Source: Phycisphaerales bacterium
Lineage (GTDB): Bacteria > Planctomycetota > Phycisphaerae > Phycisphaerales > UBA1924
Direction: 5' to 3'
NCBI GenBank assembly: GCA_044221735.1
Contig: JBGAOP010000005.1
Span: 43,608-107,607 of the forward strand
DNA: 64,000 bases
Shown here: positions 16,644 to 26,086 of the stretch, piece by piece
How positions within the stretch are numbered: position 1 is the first letter of the stretch
Layout of the letters: the number at the start of each line of letters is the position of its first letter
Made by a program: the position numbers and the translations under genes
Notes under the pieces: model-generated
Told to the model about the DNA's origin: nothing
Seen by the model: the letters and a program-made list of their open reading frames with translations, nothing else
The model's database searches: none

Positions 16644-17939
16644 TCACACCATCACGCCCGTGGCGCGGGTGCGGACGTTGTCGAGGACGTTCATGAAGTT
16701 GATGTACGAGTCGTACGGCGAGTCGTAGGGGGAGAAGTACTTGTGCACGTCGCCGTCGGCCCAGTACTTGGTGCACATGTAGTAGAAGTGGTCGCTGGTG
16801 GTGAGCTTGCGCCAGTCGCCGAGGAGGTAGCCGGCGTCCTCGAGTTCCTTCAGCGCGCTCGGATTGCGCGGGTCGGCCTTCACGCCGGCGAGGGCCGCGC
16901 CGTAGCGGTCCTTGATGGGGCGCTCGAGCTTGTAGGTTTCCAGCAGCGCGTTGGACTGCATGGCGTTGCCGAGCCAGGCGGTGAGGTCGCGCTCGGTGTC
17001 GGCCCACGAGATCATGTGCGGCACGTCGTAGTCGCCCACGGGCTCGAACTGCGAGAGGGCCTCGCTGGGTGTGTTGAAGTGGTTGTGGCCGGGGCTGACG
17101 TCGAAGATCTTTTCCGGGAGGGCGTCGAGGAACTTGAAGATGCCCGTTTCGGCCCACTGGTGCTCGCCGAAGGTCTCGTAGTCCATGAACAGGTTGCAGA
17201 GATAGCCGTCGCCGTTGATCTGATTGACCCACCCGGCGAACTTCTCGGCGCTCAGCGGCCATTCGGCCCAGCCCCGATTGGAAAAGCGGAAGGCGATGTC
17301 GTCGCTGAGCCGGTAGTTCTTCAGCAGCAGCCCGAAGGGCTTGCCGTGCGGACCCTGTCCGGTGTGCGGCGGGCGATACACGTAGTTGGGGGAGCGGTAG
17401 CCGAGGATGTGGTCCACGCCCTCGCAGATCGCGCCCATCCAGCGCTTCTTGCCGTCGGGGCCGGTCATCTCGCTGAGATAGTGGCCGAGGTCGTTGTTGT
17501 AGATCAGCTCGGTGTTGCGGAAGACCTTGGGCGTCTGGCCGAAGAGTTCCTGGATCCGCTTGGTGTGGGCGTTGACCTGCTCGGTGAACTCCTGGCGCGA
17601 GTACAGGAACGAGAGCGAGTGGTAGTACGTCTCGCCGACGAACTCGCACGCGCCGGTGTCGGCGAGGCGCTTGAAGATGTCCAGCACGTCCGGGCAGAAC
17701 TCGGCCATCTGGTCGAGCACCACGCCCGTCATCGCGTACGAGACCTTGAAGCGGCCCTTGTTCCGCTTCACCAGGTCGAGGATGAGCTGCGTGGTCGGGC
17801 GATAGCACTTGTCCGCGACCTTGCGGCAGATCTGCCCGTTCTTCTCGGTGTCGAAGTAGAACGGCGAGTTGTCGAACACGGTGTAGCGCTTGAGGCGGAA
17901 GGGCTGGTGCACCTGGAAGTAGAAGACGACCGACGCCAT
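16644..17939 (-). CDS. glycoside hydrolase family 57 (alpha-amylase/glucanotransferase-like)
   Basis: 'FQVHQPFRLKRY' (GH57 region I) and 'MDYETFGEHQW' catalytic-region motif. Confidence 0.85.
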   Translation of the reverse strand: MASVVFYFQVHQPFRLKRYTVFDNSPFYFDTEKNGQICRKVADKCYRPTTQLILDLVKRNKGRFKVSYAMTGVVLDQMAEFCPDVLDIFKRLADTGACEFVGETYYHSLSFLYSRQEFTEQVNAHTKRIQELFGQTPKVFRNTELIYNNDLGHYLSEMTGPDGKKRWMGAICEGVDHILGYRSPNYVYRPPHTGQGPHGKPFGLLLKNYRLSDDIAFRFSNRGWAEWPLSAEKFAGWVNQINGDGYLCNLFMDYETFGEHQWAETGIFKFLDALPEKIFDVSPGHNHFNTPSEALSQFEPVGDYDVPHMISWADTERDLTAWLGNAMQSNALLETYKLERPIKDRYGAALAGVKADPRNPSALKELEDAGYLLGDWRKLTTSDHFYYMCTKYWADGDVHKYFSPYDSPYDSYINFMNVLDNVRTRATGVMV

Positions 17940-18252
17940 GGACCGCCTCGCTGGGCCGTTGGGCCCGTTTGTCTGAAACCTGTGCCGCCCGTTTGGGGCA
18001 TCGGGCGGAGGGAAGGGGGACTTTCTATCGGACGTTAGGCCGCTGGTGCGTTGTGGCGGCCGATCCGGGCAGCGGCGAATCCCCCGAAAGGGGCCGCTTT
18101 GGCCCGAACCACGGGAATTGCGGGCAAACCACGTCCAAAATGTGTTACACTCAATCGAGGTCCGATAGCGACCGATCCGACGGAAGGTGAAGCGGGTGGG
18201 GCGTCGGTTGTTCGTGCTGTGTGGCCGGGCGGAAATCCGAAAAGGTGCAGCG

Positions 18253-18978
18253 ATGGACGGCCAAACTCAAACGCATGGGACGTCGGCGCGCGGCATGGTT
18301 CCCGAATCCGGGCCGGTGGTGATCGATCTGCCGCTGGGCCAGTGCCAGCCGGGCGGACCGGGGTGGCATGACGAGGTGTATCGAGCGGCCGCGGGGAACA
18401 TGGCGAAGGTGCCGTGGGCTCACGGGCGGGCGAGCCCTTCGCTGGTGTCGTGGCTCAACGCCGAGGCGTCCGGGCGGGTGCGTCCGGGCAGCCGCGCAGC
18501 GGTAGTCGGGTGCGGCCTCGGCGACGACGTCGTGGAACTGATCAACCGCGGGTACGACGCGATCGGGTTTGATGTATCGCCCACGGGAATCGACTGGGCC
18601 CGCCGGCGCTTCCCCGGGCAGGCCAGCGCGTTCTCCGTCGCGGATGTCCTGAGTGCGCCGTCGCGATTCCGGCATCGATTCGATCTGGTTGTGGAAGTCA
18701 ACACAATCCAATCAATGGATCCGGCGCAGCGCGAGGCGACGGCCGCGGCGATCGCGTCGCTGCTCTGCCCGCGCGGGCTGCTGGTGGTGATCGCGCGAGG
18801 TCGCGAGGAGGGTGAGCTGCTCGAGACCGTGCAGGGCCCGCCGTGGCCGCTCACGCGGACAGAACTGCTCGGGCTCATGGAGGTCGCCGGACTCAAGCCG
18901 GTGCGGGCAGTGGACGAGTTCATGGATGACGAGACGCCGCCGACGCGCCGCCTGCGGGCGGCCTTTGAGCACGCCTGA
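18253..18978 (+). CDS. class I SAM-dependent methyltransferase (TPMT-like)
   Basis: ATG at 18253. SAM motif I 'AAVVGCGLGDD'. 'FDLVVEVNTIQSM' is the post-I/II region. Confidence 0.75.
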   Translation: MDGQTQTHGTSARGMVPESGPVVIDLPLGQCQPGGPGWHDEVYRAAAGNMAKVPWAHGRASPSLVSWLNAEASGRVRPGSRAAVVGCGLGDDVVELINRGYDAIGFDVSPTGIDWARRRFPGQASAFSVADVLSAPSRFRHRFDLVVEVNTIQSMDPAQREATAAAIASLLCPRGLLVVIARGREEGELLETVQGPPWPLTRTELLGLMEVAGLKPVRAVDEFMDDETPPTRRLRAAFEHA

Positions 18979-18981
18979 GCG

Positions 18982-20550
18982 TCACTTGTCCTGAACCTGG
19001 TAGACCGTGAACTGGTAGGTGCGCACCTTGGCCGTCGCCACGGGATTCAATCGCCCATCGGCGATCGGCGCGGCGTAGGTCGTCGTTTCCTTGCTGCCGG
19101 AATCGGTGCGGAGCAGCAGCAGCGACATGCGGGGGGGAAGCGTTCCGGCATTGAGTTCCTGCTTGGCCCACCGGACCCGCAGCTTTGAGTTGGACTTCTG
19201 CATGGCCCAGAGAGTGTCGGGGCGAGCTTCGATGGCGTCGTCGGCCCACACATCGCCGGAATCGAGGTGTTCGCCGAGGATTCGCGCGGCCTCGGGCGCG
19301 GCGAGTTGGTCGCGGCTGGGCGACATGCCCGTCAGGGCCACGAACCACCACGCGCCCATCAGAAGCATGCCGAGCCAGAAGGCCGGGCGGCACGCAATCG
19401 ACAGGGTGCGCTGGGCAAGGCCGGGCGAGGCCGAACTCGCGGCTCGCTGGCGCATCCAGTCGAGCATGAATGGCGCCAGCGGCGGCAGCAGGATGGCCGC
19501 GGGCATGGCGTAGCGGGCGTCGCTGACGCCGCACAGAACGAAGATTGTGAGCGATGCGAGCCAAGCCCACACCAGCGTGCGAGCGGCGGTGTTCTCAACG
19601 CCCGCTCTGTCGTTGCTGACGCTGGTGGGCGTCAGCAACGACAGAGACATGGGCAGGGCGCTGATGAACGCAACCGGGATCAGGAGGCCGACGCCAAGCA
19701 CGCGCCGCGACGACCAGAGAAACTGGCCGGCGATGTTCTCGCGCACCGCGTCGGGGACGGCGTTGGCGAGATAGACCTTGATGCCCAGCAGCGTGATGGC
19801 GCTCGCGCCCAGCACCAGGGCGATGCCGAGGCCGGGCGATCGAAGTGGGCGGAGCGATCGGGCCGCGACGCACGCGCCGATGAGCACCCCGCCAAGGACG
19901 GGAGCGCTCGCGGGCCCCTTGGCGAGCGCGGCGATCAGGAGGCCGGACGTTGGAATCAGGCAGTCTCTTGCCGAGGCGAAGAGGCCGCGGACGAAGCCGA
20001 ACGGCCCCTCATCGTCGTTCGTCTCCTCGGCAAGAGGGCCTCGGCGCGCGGCCCCGATGAGCAGATCCACGCACCCCAGCGCGAGCATCTGCGTGCCGAG
20101 GTTGTTGAGCATCTCGATCTCGGCCGTGCGGCCGGGAGACCACATGAGCGGGAACAAGGCCTGGGCGAGCCCGGCGGCCAGCCCCCCACTTCGCCCGAAC
20201 CAGAGCTGGCCGAACCAGCGCCGTCCGTACCACCACGCCAGCCCGCTCATGAGGACGGCCGCGATCGCGCTGGGAACGCGAGCGCCGATCGTGTTCTCGC
20301 CAAGCACAGCCGACGCCGCGGCGATGACCCACGGCATGCCCGGGGGCTTGCGGAAGTAGGCCAGATCGAACATCTTGATGTGCCAGAAGTCGCCCGACTC
20401 GAGCATCGTCCAGCCGGGGACGGCGCGATGGCCCTCGGAAAAATCGAGCGGGCGCGTGCCCAGAAACGGCAGATACACCGCGGCCGCGACGAGCACGACC
20501 AGCATCAGTTCAAGGGCGGGCGGAAAGCGTCTGGCGGAGCGGCCGGGCAT
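18982..20550 (-). CDS. ArnT/PMT-like membrane glycosyltransferase (GT39/GT83-type)
   Basis: Multi-TM protein. The N-terminal loop 'LDFSEGHRAV...YFRKPPGMPW' resembles the ArnT/PMT_2 first periplasmic loop. Confidence 0.75.
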   Translation of the reverse strand: MPGRSARRFPPALELMLVVLVAAAVYLPFLGTRPLDFSEGHRAVPGWTMLESGDFWHIKMFDLAYFRKPPGMPWVIAAASAVLGENTIGARVPSAIAAVLMSGLAWWYGRRWFGQLWFGRSGGLAAGLAQALFPLMWSPGRTAEIEMLNNLGTQMLALGCVDLLIGAARRGPLAEETNDDEGPFGFVRGLFASARDCLIPTSGLLIAALAKGPASAPVLGGVLIGACVAARSLRPLRSPGLGIALVLGASAITLLGIKVYLANAVPDAVRENIAGQFLWSSRRVLGVGLLIPVAFISALPMSLSLLTPTSVSNDRAGVENTAARTLVWAWLASLTIFVLCGVSDARYAMPAAILLPPLAPFMLDWMRQRAASSASPGLAQRTLSIACRPAFWLGMLLMGAWWFVALTGMSPSRDQLAAPEAARILGEHLDSGDVWADDAIEARPDTLWAMQKSNSKLRVRWAKQELNAGTLPPRMSLLLLRTDSGSKETTTYAAPIADGRLNPVATAKVRTYQFTVYQVQDK

Positions 20551-20568
20551 TGGCGTGAGCGTACCCGA

Positions 20569-21204
20569 TCATTCCTTGGCTGGGCTGACGATCTCGGCGG
20601 CGGGTTGGCCGTCGATGGGCGTGCCCGCCTTGAACGCTTGGGCGATCTTCGCGTGCCACTCTTCGAGATAGGGCCTCAGGCGCGTGTTCCGCGAGGGGTC
20701 GTGGCCGTGGGCGTAGGTCTCGTTGAAGTCGGCCCCGAAGGCGTGGCCCTGAACGATCTCGCGGTAGAGCAGGACGCAGACGCCCGTGCGCTCGCTTCCG
20801 GCCGAGCAGTGGACGAGCACGGGCTGCTTGGCCGGGTCGGTGATGATGCGCAGGGCCTCGACATACGCGTTGGGATTGCCGGTGCCATCCCCATTGAGGC
20901 GAAACACGCGCCGTTCAACGCCGAGCGCGGCGGCCGTCCGCTCGGCCACACGCTCTCCCGCGGGCTTGATGTCGTATCCGCCGAGGTCGACGATGGTCTT
21001 GATGTGGTTGGCCTCGACTACCTGGCGCGTCGCGGCGGGCGTGAGCCAGCCGGAGCGGTACAGCTTGCCCGTATCTACTACATCGAAGTTCTTGGGGACA
21101 ATGTTCGGCCGGACGAGCTTGGCGTAGCCGAGCGCGCCGAGCCCCAGCATTACCAGCGCCACCACGGCGAGCGCACCACCACGTGATTTGGGCTTTTCGG
21201 CCAT
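20569..21204 (-). CDS. membrane-anchored protein tyrosine/dual-specificity phosphatase
   Basis: N-terminal TM helix. CX5R active-site signature 'VHCSAGSERTG'. Confidence 0.8.
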   Translation of the reverse strand: MAEKPKSRGGALAVVALVMLGLGALGYAKLVRPNIVPKNFDVVDTGKLYRSGWLTPAATRQVVEANHIKTIVDLGGYDIKPAGERVAERTAAALGVERRVFRLNGDGTGNPNAYVEALRIITDPAKQPVLVHCSAGSERTGVCVLLYREIVQGHAFGADFNETYAHGHDPSRNTRLRPYLEEWHAKIAQAFKAGTPIDGQPAAEIVSPAKE

Positions 21205-21258
21205 GGACCGATGGTATTCGACGCAACGAGCACGCGGGCCGCACTACGATTCCGGTCG

Positions 21259-21990
21259 ATGAGCGACGAGACCGCACAAGGGTCATCTGGCGAGGCAAGG
21301 GCGACAAAGTCGGCCGCGGCCGGGCCGCGCACCGCGCCGGTGAAGGTGGGTGTTGGCGCGTATCCGGAATCGGTGACGCGCCTGATCGATGAGCTGGCGA
21401 AGCTGCCCGGGATTGGCCGTCGGTCGGCGGAGCGGCTGGCATTTTTCATCTTGAAGGCTCCGAAGGCGGAGGCCCTGGAACTGGCGCGGGCCGTGACGGA
21501 TGTGAAGCAGCGGGTGCGCCACTGCCGCGTGTGCTACAACCTCGCCGACAACGGGCCCGACGCGGCCGACACGGTGTGCTCGATCTGCGCCGACGACCGG
21601 CGCGACCGGTCGAAGGTGATGGTGGTCGAGCAGCCGCGCGACCTGATCTCGCTGGAGCAGTCCGGCGTGTACAAGGGCGTGTACCACGTGCTCATGGGGA
21701 GGATCGCGCCGCTGGAGGGCGTGAGGGCGGGCGATCTGACGATCCAGGACCTGCTGCGGCGCGTGAGCGACCCGAGCGCGAATGCCGGGGGCGTGCCCGT
21801 GCGCGAGGTCATCCTGGCGCTGAACCCAAGCCTCGAAGGAGACGGAACGGGGCTGCATCTCCACCACGCGCTCGCCAAGGCGGGCGTCACGGTGACGCGT
21901 CTGGCCCGGGGGCTTCCCACCGGATCACAGCTCGAGTTCGCGTCGAAGGCGGTGCTGGCGGATGCGATCCAGGAAAGAAGGGAGATGTAG
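21259..21990 (+). CDS. recR: recombination protein RecR
   Basis: 'LIDELAKLPGIGRRSAERLAFFIL' HhH, 'CRVCYNL...CSIC' zinc finger, and a Toprim region 'VMVVEQPRDLISLE'. There is a ~35-aa N-extension if the ATG at 21259 is used. Confidence 0.9.
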   Translation: MSDETAQGSSGEARATKSAAAGPRTAPVKVGVGAYPESVTRLIDELAKLPGIGRRSAERLAFFILKAPKAEALELARAVTDVKQRVRHCRVCYNLADNGPDAADTVCSICADDRRDRSKVMVVEQPRDLISLEQSGVYKGVYHVLMGRIAPLEGVRAGDLTIQDLLRRVSDPSANAGGVPVREVILALNPSLEGDGTGLHLHHALAKAGVTVTRLARGLPTGSQLEFASKAVLADAIQERREM

Positions 21991-22120
21991 GGGGAAGGCA
22001 TCGAGGCAACTAGGCATCGAGGCATCGAGTGCGAACAATCAATACCGGTGCCCGGCTACTTCGTGTTTCGTCTTTTACTTGATGCCTTGATGCCTCCTGC
22101 CTCGGTGCCTTCTTCTCCCC
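21991..22120 (+). promoter_or_regulatory. long imperfect inverted repeat / RNA hairpin between recR and rpoN, ending at the rpoN ATG
   Basis: Left arm 21991-22029 carries GGCATCGAG three times. Right arm 22078-22120 carries CTTGATGCC, TTGATGCC and CTCGGTGCC. All arm mismatches are G-U compatible on the + strand. The ~48-nt loop is AT-rich. Confidence 0.45.
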
Positions 22121-23809
22121 ATGCGATTCGACGCCTCACAACACATGAAGATGGGCCAGCACATGAAGCTGGCCCCGAGGATGATCCAGTCGATGGAGAT
22201 CCTCCAGATGCCGCTGCTGCAACTGGAGGAGCGGATCGCGCAGGAACTCGAGTCCAACGTCACGCTGGAGGTGGACGAGGGCGATGGGATGACGCTCGAG
22301 GCGCCCTCCGACGCGGCGATCGACGCCGCGGCGGACTCGGCCGCGGCCGCGGACAAGGAGCTCGATGGCGAGCCCGGATCATCAGGCGATTCCGACGAGG
22401 GCGATTCCGGCGACGATGACGCGATGGGGGCCGACATCGGCGGCGAGCCGGAGGCCATCAGCGAGGACGAGCGCCCCCTCTCGGTCGATCAGGACAAGGG
22501 GACCGACGACTTCGGCCGGTTGGATTCCTATGAGGAAGACAATCCCGACGCCGCGGGCAACGAGTTCGATGAGCCGGAGCGGGCGAGCGCGCCGGATCTG
22601 GACATGTTCGAGCGCGGCCGGTCGTCGCGGCTCGACGGCGAGCCCGACGTCAAGAGCGAGGCCATGGCCAACACGGCGTCGCGGCCCGAGTCGCTCGTCG
22701 AGCAGTTGCAGGAGCAATGGGGTCTGGCGGATGTCGACGAGCACCTGCGTCCGCTGGGAGCGGCGATCATCGGATTCATCGAGGACGACGGCTACCTCCG
22801 CACGCCGCTGGAGACGATCATCGATCGGCTGCCGGCCGACTTCCCCGGCGGCAAGCCCGCGCCGGAGCAGATGCAGCTGGCGCTGCAGGCGGTGCAGTTG
22901 CTGCTTGAGCCGCCCGGCGTGGCGGCCCGCGACACCCGCGAGTGCCTGCTGATCCAGATCGATGCGCGATCGGACCAGACGCGCTCGCCGGATCTTCGGG
23001 CTGAGTGGGCGACGGTGCGCAGGTTGGTGAGCGATCATCTGGAGGACCTCGCCCAGAACCGCATGCCGCGGATCGTCGAAAAGACCGGGCTGCCGATGGC
23101 GGAGGTGAAGAAAGCGCTCGAGCACATGAAGTTCCTGAGCCTCGCGCCCGGGCGGTCGCTGGTGAGCGAGAAGCCGGGCGTGATCGTGCCCGACGCGATC
23201 GTCGAGTTCGACGCCGACCAGGACCGGTACATCGTGTACCTCAACGACGCGCGCCTGCCGGGCCTGCGGATCAACCAGGAGTACGCCAAGCTCGCCAAGG
23301 AGAAGGAAGCGCCCAAGCCCACCAAGGAGTTCCTGCGCAAGAATCTCTCCAACGCGATGTGGCTCATCGACGCCGTGGAGCAGCGGCGCAAGACCCTGCT
23401 GCGGGTGATCCGCGTGGTGGTCGATGCGCAGCGGGACTACTTCGACTACGGCCCGCAGGCCCTCAAGCCGCTGCCGATGACGCAGGTGGCCGAGCAGCTC
23501 GGCGTGCACGTGGCGACGGTGAGCCGCGCGGTGGCCGACAAGCACCTGCTCACGCCGCGCGGCGTGGTGGCGCTGCGCGGGTTCTTCTCCGGCGGCACGC
23601 AGACCGACACGGGCGAGGAGGTGTCGTGGGACGCGATCAAGGCCGCGCTCAAGGAGGTCGTCGACGCGGAGGACAAGTCCGCCCCGCTGTCGGACGATGC
23701 GCTGGCGGTGGAGCTGCAGAAGCGCGGCGTGGAGATCGCGCGGCGAACGGTGGCCAAGTATCGCGATCAGCTCAACATCCCCGCGGCCCGCCTGCGGAAG
23801 CAGTTCTGA
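22121..23809 (+). CDS. rpoN: RNA polymerase sigma-54 factor
   Basis: Region I 'LAPRMIQSMEILQMPLLQLEERI', a long acidic region II, a core-binding region, an HTH, and the RpoN box 'ARRTVAKYRDQLNIPAARLRK'. Confidence 0.92.
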   Translation: MRFDASQHMKMGQHMKLAPRMIQSMEILQMPLLQLEERIAQELESNVTLEVDEGDGMTLEAPSDAAIDAAADSAAAADKELDGEPGSSGDSDEGDSGDDDAMGADIGGEPEAISEDERPLSVDQDKGTDDFGRLDSYEEDNPDAAGNEFDEPERASAPDLDMFERGRSSRLDGEPDVKSEAMANTASRPESLVEQLQEQWGLADVDEHLRPLGAAIIGFIEDDGYLRTPLETIIDRLPADFPGGKPAPEQMQLALQAVQLLLEPPGVAARDTRECLLIQIDARSDQTRSPDLRAEWATVRRLVSDHLEDLAQNRMPRIVEKTGLPMAEVKKALEHMKFLSLAPGRSLVSEKPGVIVPDAIVEFDADQDRYIVYLNDARLPGLRINQEYAKLAKEKEAPKPTKEFLRKNLSNAMWLIDAVEQRRKTLLRVIRVVVDAQRDYFDYGPQALKPLPMTQVAEQLGVHVATVSRAVADKHLLTPRGVVALRGFFSGGTQTDTGEEVSWDAIKAALKEVVDAEDKSAPLSDDALAVELQKRGVEIARRTVAKYRDQLNIPAARLRKQF

Positions 23810-23816
23810 ACGCGGC

Positions 23817-24278
23817 TCATGCCGCCTTGGCGCGGGTCTCGCTCGCCAGCTCGTTGACGCAGGTCTGGTCGGCCATCTGCTTGAGCGACCAGCGGAGCAG
23901 GTCGCGCATCGTCACGATGCCCACGCACGCGCCGTCGCTGTTGATCACGGGCAGGCAGGAGATGCGGTTGTTGATCATGAGCAGTGCGGCATCGGCGATG
24001 GGCATCTCCGGCGCGCCCGAGACGAGCGAGCGGTTCATGATCTGGTGGGCCTTGCGGTGCAGGCACTGCAGGTCCATCGTGCGCTCGGCGAGCTTGCCGA
24101 TGAACGGGCTGGTGTTTTTGAGCAGGTCGCGATCGGACACCACGCCCACGACGCGGCACTTGTCCATGACCAGCACGTGGTGGAAGCGATACTTGTTAAA
24201 CAAGTCGCGGATGGTGTGCAGCTCGTCGTCCATGCGGACGCTGACCACGTGGCGGGTCATGATGGTCTCGAGGGTCAT
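23817..24278 (-). CDS. CBS domain pair protein
   Basis: ATG at 24278 with GGAGAT upstream. 'IMTRHVVSVRMDDEL...HHVLVMDKCRVVGVVSDRDLL' and 'ISCLPVINSDGACVGIVTMRDLL'. Confidence 0.8.
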   Translation of the reverse strand: MTLETIMTRHVVSVRMDDELHTIRDLFNKYRFHHVLVMDKCRVVGVVSDRDLLKNTSPFIGKLAERTMDLQCLHRKAHQIMNRSLVSGAPEMPIADAALLMINNRISCLPVINSDGACVGIVTMRDLLRWSLKQMADQTCVNELASETRAKAA

Positions 24279-24356
24279 GGAGTATCTCCGGGGCCGGGGG
24301 GCCATAGGTCCATCGACCATTCGCCTCTTCTGTTGCAACCGCCGCTAACCTTGGGC

Positions 24357-24992
24357 ATGTCCACGCCCGGCCAGAGCCCCGTGAATCCGTCACAGCCCAC
24401 GCCGAGTGCGCCCGCGGCGGAGTCGTTCTCGGACGCGCCGGGTGCGCCAGCCGCTCTGCAGGCCCCCTGGAGGCTCGAGTATCTCGAGGCCATGGGCGAG
24501 CAGGAAAAGCGCCCGGGCCCCCCCACCGCTTCGCCGACATCGCCGAGTCCATCGTTTCTGCACGACTACTGGCGCGACCCCGCGAAGGACCTGAAGCACC
24601 ACGTGATCGTGCGGACGGGCGAGGGGATGATCCTGCTCAACGCGTTCCCCTACGCGAGCGGCCACCTGCTCGTGGCGCTGGGCGAGCCGCGCCCCACGCT
24701 GCTGGACTACACGCCCGAGCAGCGGGCCGCGCTGTGGCGGCTGGTGGATTGCGCGGCGGATCTCGTTACGCGGACGCTGGAGCCGCAGGGGATCAACATC
24801 GGTCTGAATCAGGGCCGCGCGGCCGGCGCCGGCGTGCCCGGGCATCTGCACGTGCACCTCGTGCCGCGCTGGGGCGGGGACACGAACTTCATCACCGTGA
24901 TCGGCCAGGTGCGGATCATCCCCGCGAGCCTTGAGACGATGGCGGAGCGATATCGCCGAACGTGGGAAGTGATTCGGAGCAGGTGGGCGTAA
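24357..24992 (+). CDS. HIT family protein (Ap4A phosphorylase / nucleotidyl hydrolase-transferase-like)
   Basis: ATG at 24357. Histidine triad 'GHLHVHLVPRW'. Low-complexity Pro/Ser N-terminus. Confidence 0.8.
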   Translation: MSTPGQSPVNPSQPTPSAPAAESFSDAPGAPAALQAPWRLEYLEAMGEQEKRPGPPTASPTSPSPSFLHDYWRDPAKDLKHHVIVRTGEGMILLNAFPYASGHLLVALGEPRPTLLDYTPEQRAALWRLVDCAADLVTRTLEPQGINIGLNQGRAAGAGVPGHLHVHLVPRWGGDTNFITVIGQVRIIPASLETMAERYRRTWEVIRSRWA

Positions 24993-24995
24993 TGA

Positions 24996-25364
24996 TCACG
25001 CCGCGGCCGGGCCGGAATATCGAAGACCGACGCGAAACGCCTCGCCGCGGGGCTCGCAGCGAACGGCCATCGCGCTGAGCCACGGGATCGATGAACCCTC
25101 AGGGCAGATCGTGATGATGGTGCCGGGCTCGATGTGGGCGGAGGTGGTCACGCCCAGGCCGCGCGGCGAGCGGTCGACAAGTTCAAGGCTCGTGATGCGG
25201 AAGTGATCGGGTCCGGACGAGAACGAAGCGCGGAGCGAGCCCTCGACCTCGTGGCGGTCTTCGCGCCGGCGCTCGAGCTTGAACGGGTCGCGCGCGGCGA
25301 TGTGCGCGGCCGCGGCGGCGGTGGAGCGGGTGATGCGGAATCGTGGGTGCGGTGCGCGGCTCAT
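24996..25364 (-). CDS. PilZ domain protein (putative c-di-GMP receptor)
   Basis: 'RRREDRHEV' (RxxxR-like) followed by 'LVDRSPRGLGV' (D/NxSxxG-like). Confidence 0.65.
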   Translation of the reverse strand: MSRAPHPRFRITRSTAAAAAHIAARDPFKLERRREDRHEVEGSLRASFSSGPDHFRITSLELVDRSPRGLGVTTSAHIEPGTIITICPEGSSIPWLSAMAVRCEPRGEAFRVGLRYSGPAAA

Positions 25365-25483
25365 CGGGTGTCCGTGGTTGGGGCGAGTCGGGACCGGTAA
25401 CTCCGGTCACGCGACATCGGCGAAACAGGGGGCCCGGTGAACTTCGGGTGTTATTTTCACATGCAGTTTGGGCTCTGGGAGGG

Positions 25484-26086
25484 ATGCGAGCGGCGGGAAT
25501 CGAGCCGGATACGCTGACGCGCATGCTCCCCGCCGCGCTTTGGCTCGCGTATGCCGTTCCCGCGTATGTGCTGTGGACGCTCGTGTTCCGGGTCCGATTC
25601 GGCTTCTGGCCGACGAAGGAGCGATTCCCGCCGCGCGATCTCTACGGATGGATGGACTTCGGATTGGCGGTGGTGCTGATCGGATACTCGGTATGGATCG
25701 TGCTCGGACCGAGGCCGGATCCGTCGCGAGCGATCTCGCTTCCCGCGGGCGCGGCGATCTGGGGCGCGGGCGTGCTGCTGCGATCGTGGGCGATCATCGC
25801 GCTGGGCCGCAACTGGCGAATCGGGCAGGATGAGCACGACGAACGCGCAGAGTTCGTCGCGACCGGACCGTACCGGCTCATGCACCACCCGATCAACGCG
25901 GCGTTGATCGTGGTATCAATCGGGCAGGGGCTGATGACGGGCCTGGATGTTCGGGCGATCGTGCTGCTGGGGTACGCGGTGCTGTACTTCCTCGTGCAGG
26001 GGCGCGCGGAAGAGCGATCATGGAAGAAACGCACCGCGCTGGCCGCGGAGCGAGCGAACGCCGAGCAATCGCGTTCTACCAGATGA
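25484..26086 (+). CDS. isoprenylcysteine carboxyl methyltransferase (ICMT)/PEMT-family membrane methyltransferase
   Basis: Multi-TM protein. Family signature 'ATGPYRLMHHPINAALIV' and 'EERSWKK' tail. Start 25484 or 25523. Confidence 0.8.
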   Translation: MRAAGIEPDTLTRMLPAALWLAYAVPAYVLWTLVFRVRFGFWPTKERFPPRDLYGWMDFGLAVVLIGYSVWIVLGPRPDPSRAISLPAGAAIWGAGVLLRSWAIIALGRNWRIGQDEHDERAEFVATGPYRLMHHPINAALIVVSIGQGLMTGLDVRAIVLLGYAVLYFLVQGRAEERSWKKRTALAAERANAEQSRSTR

